64,000 nt of DNA, from contig OX597832.1 in assembly GCA_951406725.2 (NCBI GenBank), positions 48,360,001-48,424,000 of the forward strand, read 5' to 3'. The stretch is from Octopus vulgaris (Eukaryota). The notes below the pieces were generated by a model. That model worked only from the letters and a program-made list of their open reading frames with translations. It was not told the DNA's origin and made no database searches. Position numbers and translations under genes: made by a program. The number at the start of each line of letters is the position of its first letter. Position 1 is the first letter of the stretch. This document shows positions 57,101 through 64,000 of the stretch, piece after piece.

Positions 57101-57897
57101 CTAGCAGTATCGCCCGGCGTTGCTTTAGAAATGGAATTTTTGAAAAGTAAAAATTTTGCATTATGTAGCTTGTTATTCTCTTTAAATGAACATTTTTCTG
57201 GTTGAAATACACCGAAAAATGGCGACAGTCAAAAAATCGTAAAAAAATAGGGATTTTCATAGAAAAAAAGCACCTTTTTGATGTAAATAATTTTGGGGCT
57301 TAACATGGTTCTATTTGAATTTTTTCTTCTACGGAAGGAAGAGCAAGCCTTCTTCTATCATACTCTCAATTTTGGTCAACTTGCGCCGCAGGGTCTCGGA
57401 GGAGATAGTGTTAGCTGAAGGCTACCAAACCTGCCATACACGGACAACTTCTGCTTTATATATATAGATAATTGGTATGTGTTCACAAAGTCCAAAGGAG
57501 TAATACGAAAAACCCCTCCAGGCTACATCCCGAAAATTCATTTCTTTCCCGAATTTCTACAATGTTTACGGCGATTCGTTTTTATATCTTGATTTTTTAT
57601 TTTTCATGCAATTTACGCATGCTTGCACGTATGGTGAACACAGTTCACGTCAAACAGCTGACTGAGTAAAGTTCGCTATTCATTGCATGGGATAAGGCCT
57701 AAACAAACACATTTTCGATTTTTGCACTTGCGAGATGAATTTCGGAACAGAAATAGCGCAGTTCAATTTTGATTCACCTAAACTTTAAGTGACCCATTTT
57801 TGGTGGTTCTACGATTTGTTGGCTGGGAAGTTAAACACACAGACACGCACACAGATATACACACACAGACACACAAGTTGAGTTTTATATATATAGA
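57101..57897 (-). mobile_element. Composite non-autonomous Helitron (two 5' ends, one 3' end)
   Basis: Minus 5' ends TCTATATATATAAA at 57897 and 57468; 3' end GCAACGCCGGGCGATACTGCTAG at 57101; removing it restores the LINE frame RRDIIKNKRLT at an A|T site. Confidence 0.82.
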
Positions 57898-58589
57898 TGA
57901 TGTCTCTACGTACATTACTTAATATATCTGCGTTTATACGTCTGCGTGCTACGTTGCCAACTTAGTTTCTCCATGAAATGCATGTTTGTACAATGAGGTT
58001 ACTGTTTAGGTTTAGTTGGGTTGTATAGAAAGCTTTCAACACATCTCTATAATGTTCTCTAGTTCATTTTACGCGTTTTGCATTAGGTGGTGTTTTTGGA
58101 GGGGTCACTACAGGTCTATGGTTACGGCGGTCCTGGTTCTGGTTACCTAGTTGGTCGTGTTTTTGAGAGTTTGTTCCAGCAGCAGTCTTTTCGATCCCAG
58201 TCTGGTGATAAGTATAATAGTTGACAGGGGTGTTGTTTTGTAGATTGGGGATACGTCATGTCAAATTTCAAGTAACTTTTTCTCGCAACCTTTTCTGCTG
58301 GTCAGGAATGCCATTCTCAATTCCAATATCTTTCAGGTTGCAGGTTATGCGTTGTGCTGAGTGGGGCCAATTGCCTCCAGAATAATTGTTGTCTTAATGC
58401 TCCACTCCTCCTGCTCCTCCCCTCCTCTCCCCTCCCCTTCCCTATCCTCTTCCTCTTCCTCGCTGTCGTCGTCGTTATTACCATCTTCATCATAATCATT
58501 TTCACCAACACCAACACCACCACCACTACTACCACTACCACCACCACCACCACGATCATAATCCTCCCCTTCTCCCCTTTCTCCCTCCC

Positions 58590-58707
58590 CCTCCTCATCG
58601 TCATCATCGCTATCATCATCATCATCATCATCATCATCATCGTCATCATCATCATCATCATTATGATCATCATCATGATCACCATCATGATCATCGCCAT
58701 CATCATC

Positions 58708-58738
<31 letters not shown>

Positions 58739-58752
58739 TCCTCATCGCCATC

Positions 58753-58791
<39 letters not shown>

Positions 58792-58872
58792 GCCATCATC
58801 ATCGCCATCATCATCGCCATCATCATCATAATCACCATCACCATCGTCATCATCACCATTATCATCATCATC

Positions 58873-58904
<32 letters not shown>

Positions 58905-58907
58905 CAT

Positions 58908-58939
<32 letters not shown>

Positions 58940-58962
58940 TCATCATCACCACCACCACCACC

Positions 58963-59014
<52 letters not shown>

Positions 59015-59027
59015 TCATCATCATCAA

Positions 59028-59063
<36 letters not shown>

Positions 59064-59203
59064 ATCATCATCGTCATCATCATCGCCATCATCATCATCA
59101 TCATCATCGCCATCATCATCGCCATCATCATCATAATCACCATCACCATCGTCATCATCACCATTATCATCATCATCATCATCATCATCACCATCATCAT
59201 CAT

Positions 59204-59235
<32 letters not shown>

Positions 59236-59258
59236 TCATCATCACCACCACCACCACC

Positions 59259-59356
<98 letters not shown>

Positions 59357-59371
59357 ATCATCATCGTCATC

Positions 59372-59417
<46 letters not shown>

Positions 59418-59453
59418 TCATCATCATCATCATCATCATCACCACCACCACGC

Positions 59454-59503
<50 letters not shown>

Positions 59504-59516
59504 TCATCATCATCAA

Positions 59517-59559
<43 letters not shown>

Positions 59560-59560
59560 G

Positions 59561-59597
<37 letters not shown>

Positions 59598-59600
59598 TAT
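58590..59600. repeat. (CAT)n array with internal higher-order duplication
   Basis: Variant block …CATAATCACCATCACCATCGTCATCATCACCATTATC… occurs at ~58825 and ~59130. Confidence 0.93.
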
Positions 59601-59782
59601 TCATTATTATTCATTAATTATTGAGAACGTGTTGAAAATACATCAAACGAAACAAGACAAAGACGATCGGTCTGGAAAGGAACTGCATTGTAAGTGGACA
59701 TCCTAAACCGTAATCATAAGCATGGCACAATGACCACCACCGCCACCACGACCACCATCCCCATCACCATACATACCATTGG

Positions 59783-60100
59783 CACTCCGTCGGTTTCGAC
59801 GACGAGCGTTCCAGGTGATCCGATCAACGGAACAGCTTGCTCGTGAAATTAACGCGCATGTGGTTGAGTACTCCGCAGACACGTGTACCTTTAATGCAGT
59901 TTTCAGGGATATTTAGCCTGACGCGGAATGTGACAAGGCCGGCCCCTTTGAATTACTGGTACAATTCATTTTTGCCAGCGGAGTGGACAGGAGCAACGTG
60001 AAATAAAGTGTCTTGCTCAAGGACACAACGCGTCGCCGGGAATTGAACTTACGACCTTATGATTGTATGCCGAATGCCCTAACCACTGAGCTACGTCCCT
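59783..60100 (-). mobile_element. SINE family C with tRNA-like head
   Basis: Minus head GGACGTAGCTCAGTGGTTAGGGCATTCG…GTAAGTTCAATTCCCGG. Confidence 0.8.
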
Positions 60101-60777
60101 CCCGTCGCCATATACAGGGCTACTATATCATCAACACTATCACTAGTATCACGACCAACATCATCATATCATTTATGCCATCATAGTAATCACTGTCTCT
60201 TTGCGCCTCCTCCTCCTGCACCTGCTCCTGTTCTTTCTCCTCCCTCCTCCTCCCCCTCCACGACCACGACGTCCTTGTCATCCTCTTCCTTCTTCTCCTC
60301 CTCACTTATCCCTCCCCATCACCCTCCCCATCACCCTCCCCATCACCCACCTCACCTTTCCTCTCACCCTCACCCCTCACCTCTCACCCTTACCCCTCAA
60401 CTCTTACCCTTACCCTCACCTCTCATCCTCATCCCTCACCTCTCATCCTCATCCCTCTCCTCTAACTCTCACCCTCACCTCTCATCCTCACCCCACACCT
60501 CTCGCCTCACCCTCACCTCTCAGCCTCACCCCTAAGTCTTGTTTTCCCCCCTCCTCCCTCCCTCCCTCCCTCCTCCTCCTCGTCCTCCACTACCACCACC
60601 AATACGTCCTCCTCACTTCTCCCTCCCCCTCCTCATTTCTCCATCACTATTCCCTCACCCCACCTACACCTTCCCTCTCCTCCCCTCACCCACCCACACC
60701 ATCCTCACACTCACCCCACACTCACCCTCACGACTCCCCCTCCTCCTTTATTTACCTTTCTTTAAAAGAAAAAACTC

Positions 60778-61059
60778 AGCAGGGTGTAATTTGAGGGAAA
60801 TTTAGCTACTCTTTCAAGAATATCGAGTAACAACACTGAGGGTGTTGCTGGCAGACGTTGTTGCAGTCACGACGGTGGTTGCGGTGGTTGTGGTAGTAGT
60901 GGTGTCTTATTAACCTTACATCCACAAATCAATACTACCACTACTACCATCACCATGACCACCATCGTGACTGCAACAGCGCCTCCTAGCAACACCTTTT
61001 ATGGTGTTATCCGATATCCTAGAAAGAGTAGCTAAATTTTCCTCAAATTACACCCTGCT
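60778..61059. repeat. Imperfect inverted repeat, ~125-bp arms
   Basis: GCAGGGTGTAATTTGAGGGAAATTTAGCTACTCTTTC…GCAGTCACGA / TCGTGACTGC…GAAAGAGTAGCTAAATTTTCCTCAAATTACACCCTGC. Confidence 0.85.
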
Positions 61060-61319
61060 ATTATTTTTGTTTTTAGAAAAGAAAGGCAAGTAAAGTTAAC
61101 TGGTGTCGTATTTTGGGCAACACCAGTTATCACTTAAAGTTAACTAGGGATGGTCATGGCTGGCGTACCTTTGTTCACGGAAAGCAAGATCGGCGCCGAC
61201 ATGGAATTAAGCAACAACAAAAACAATAACAACACCACCAATGTCAACTCTACATCAATAGTTTTTCCACCATCACCACCACCACCACTACCGCTGCCGC
61301 TGCCACCGCCACCACAACC

Positions 61320-61942
61320 AATTTGAGAGGAGGGGCAAGACGATTACATCGACCACATGGCTGGTACTTTATTTATCGACTCTGAAAGCATGAAAGGCAA
61401 AGACGATCTCGTTGGCATTTGAACTCGGAACGTAAAGACGGACGAAATGCCGCTAAGCATTTTGTCCGGCGTCCTGACAATTCTACCAACTTGCCGTCTT
61501 TATAATAATAATATTAATAATAATAATAATAATAATAATGATAATAATAATAATAATGATAATAATAAAAATAAATGCCCTGATGCAGTACCAGGCAGTG
61601 GCTCTCATGGTTTCTCTTAACTGATTGGAAGTGTTATCATGTACATTGTTCTGTCTTGGTATAAAAGATGGGCTACAGCAAATATTCTACTCAGTACCAC
61701 AGATTTGCTTGTCAGTTGTTTGACCTTAACCAGTTGAGCGTGTCCCTTAGTGGCTGACGATATGTGCATCTCTGATCATGAGCAGAAGTAGTGGGGGAGA
61801 ATCATAGCCATGTGTTGAGAAGGATTCTTTGGGGTTTGAATAATTCACCTCTGGAAACATAGGTGTTTCGTTCAACATCCTTAAACAACCCTTATTCTGA
61901 AGAAAATTCTAAGTGGATCCCACCTACAAGCTCATGCGATGT

Positions 61943-61976
<34 letters not shown>

Positions 61977-62480
61977 TGATCCTTTCAACTGGAAGCACAA
62001 GGCCTCAAATTTGGGGAAAGTCGTTTACATCGACCCCAGTGCGTAACTGGTACTTATTTAATCGACCTCGAACGGATGAAGGGCAAAGCCAGTCTCGGCG
62101 GAATTTGAACTCAGACCGTAAAGACGGACGAAGTCCCGTTAAGCTTTTCGTCCAGTGTGCTAACGATACTGCCAGCTCGCTGCCTTTAATAATAACCCTT
62201 TCTACAAAAGATAGAAGGACTGAAATTATTTTTTTGGTGGGGGACTAATCGATTCCATCGACTGGTACTTAATTTATTGACCCCCACCTCCGAAAGAATG
62301 AGGCGGCAAGCTGGCAGAATCGTAGCGACATTTTGCCCGTCCTTACGTTCTGAGTTTAAATGCTGCCGAGGTCGACTTTACCGTTTATCTCTTCGGGGGT
62401 CGAACAAATAATAAGTAGCAGTTAAGTACTGGTGTCGATATAATCGACTAACACCCTCCCCCAAGATTTCAGGCTTTGTG
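61320..62480. mobile_element. Cluster of SINE family B and family D fragments
   Basis: Family B at 61320-61500 (-), 61985-62185 (-) and ~62300-62480 (+); family D at 61570-61935 (-). Confidence 0.75.
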
Positions 62481-62504
62481 TCAATAAGAGAAAAAATAAA
62501 CTAT

Positions 62505-62811
62505 TTATGATGATGATGATGATGATAATTATCAACATCATTGTCGTCGTCGTCATCATCATCATCATTATCATCATCATCATTATCATCATCAACACCA
62601 TCATCAACATCAACATCCTCCTCCTTCTCTTCCTCCTCCTCCTCCTCCTCCTCATCATCATCATCATCACCACCACCACCACCACTACCACCACCAACAA
62701 CAAAAACAACACGAGCAGTTCCTAAAAATAACAACTTCTAACAATACACCCACAATCGCAACAGCAACAACAATAACAACAACAACAGTTGTATCATCAT
62801 CATCATCATCG

Positions 62812-62844
<33 letters not shown>

Positions 62845-63464
62845 ACTTCATCAACAGTGGCAACAACAACATCAAGCACCATAGCAAAAATAATAATAAA
62901 AAAAGATTTAAAAAAAAGAATCAATAAAGTCGACAAAAACATTCACCAGCGAAAGAAATATGGGGGAAAATAGCTGAATAACAACAAGAACGAGAAGAAC
63001 AGCAGTAACAACAGCAACAACAACGACAACAACAATTGCAAGAGGAGGAACAATGATAACAACAACAGCAACATTAATAATAATAATAATAATAATATTA
63101 GCAGCAACAACAAGACTAGCAACAATAAACAGCATCACCAACAGCAACAGCACCACACCGCAAATATGATTATCACCAGCAATACCACCGCCAACATCAT
63201 ATCTACCACCACCAACACCACCAACATCACTAAAACCAATAAAACCGCCATCAAAACTACCACCACCACCACTATCACCACAACTAAAATCACCACCACA
63301 CCATCATCACCATCACCACCATCACCACAATCACCAGCACCACCATCACCACCTGCACCAGCACCACCATCACCACCACCACTACCACAAACACCACTAC
63401 CACCATCACCACAATCACCATAACCACCGCCGCCACCACCACCACCACCACAATCGCCACCAGC

Positions 63465-63495
<31 letters not shown>

Positions 63496-64000
63496 CCACC
63501 ACCACCACCACCACCACAACCAGCATCACTACAATCACCACCAGCATCACCACCAGCACCATCACCACCACAACCACAACCACCATCACTACAATCACCA
63601 CCAGCAACACCACCAGCACCTGTACCACCACCACCATCACCACCACCATCACCACCACCACCACCGACAACAAGAGCGCCAACAACAACAACAACAACAC
63701 CCCCACCACCCAAAACAACAACAACAGCAGCAACAACAGTTGTAGTTTAGAGAACCGACCGGAAGTCGAGAAATGATGGAAATTCTGGTGTTGTAAAAAA
63801 ACTGTTGCTGTTTGATAGGAAATGGTATTGGCGTTGGTAGCAGGAGTGGTGGTGGTGGTGGTAATTATAGAAGTGGCTGTGGTAGTGGCGGTAGTGGTGG
63901 TGGGATGTGGTGTTTTGTGGCAGTGGTAGGGGTGCTTGAATGGATGTTATGGTTGTAGTGTTGGTACGGTTGCGGTGATGGCGGCGATGAAGAGGCGGTG
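62505..64000. repeat. Trinucleotide low-complexity region (CAT/CAA/CAC)
   Basis: Direct inspection. Confidence 0.9.

Larger units (their letters stand above)
54420..58385 (-). mobile_element. Decayed R4/Dong-like (RLE-type) non-LTR retrotransposon, N-terminus through RT
   Basis: Minus fragments KRVK*TREHYRDVLKAFY; RRDIIKNKRLTDAEISQIR; HKWKTPRLDRIPNFWL…PAWLTEGTTYLLPK; LSMVWIDYRKAFDSIPHNWL; KRGIFQGDTLS; CMDDINMF. Many stops and insertions. Confidence 0.85.

Overview
AT-rich eukaryotic intergenic or intronic DNA, dense with microsatellites ((TA)n, (TACA)n, (TATC)n, (CA)n, (AAT)n, (CAT)n). The SINE and microsatellite content looks like an octopus genome, judged by eye. No intact host gene is supportable, and nearly all listed ORFs are simple-repeat artefacts. 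Recognisable content is several tRNA-derived SINE families (some as TSD-flanked tandem multimers), a decayed R4/Dong-like LINE cut by two Helitrons and a MITE, CR1/L2-like and RTE fragments, a hATm-like transposon remnant and a Tc1/mariner MITE. The main finding is a set of short, ORF-less elements abutting (TA)n that carry minimal type I hammerhead ribozyme (HHR) motifs with palindromic stem III, as in Penelope-like pseudo-LTRs and retrozymes. A ~400-bp near-perfect fold-back has an intact HHR core as its loop (41448-41845). A ~700-bp tandem duplication has two intact HHRs 699 nt apart (51351-52118). Several variant or degenerate HHRs and other fold-backs are scattered through the window.
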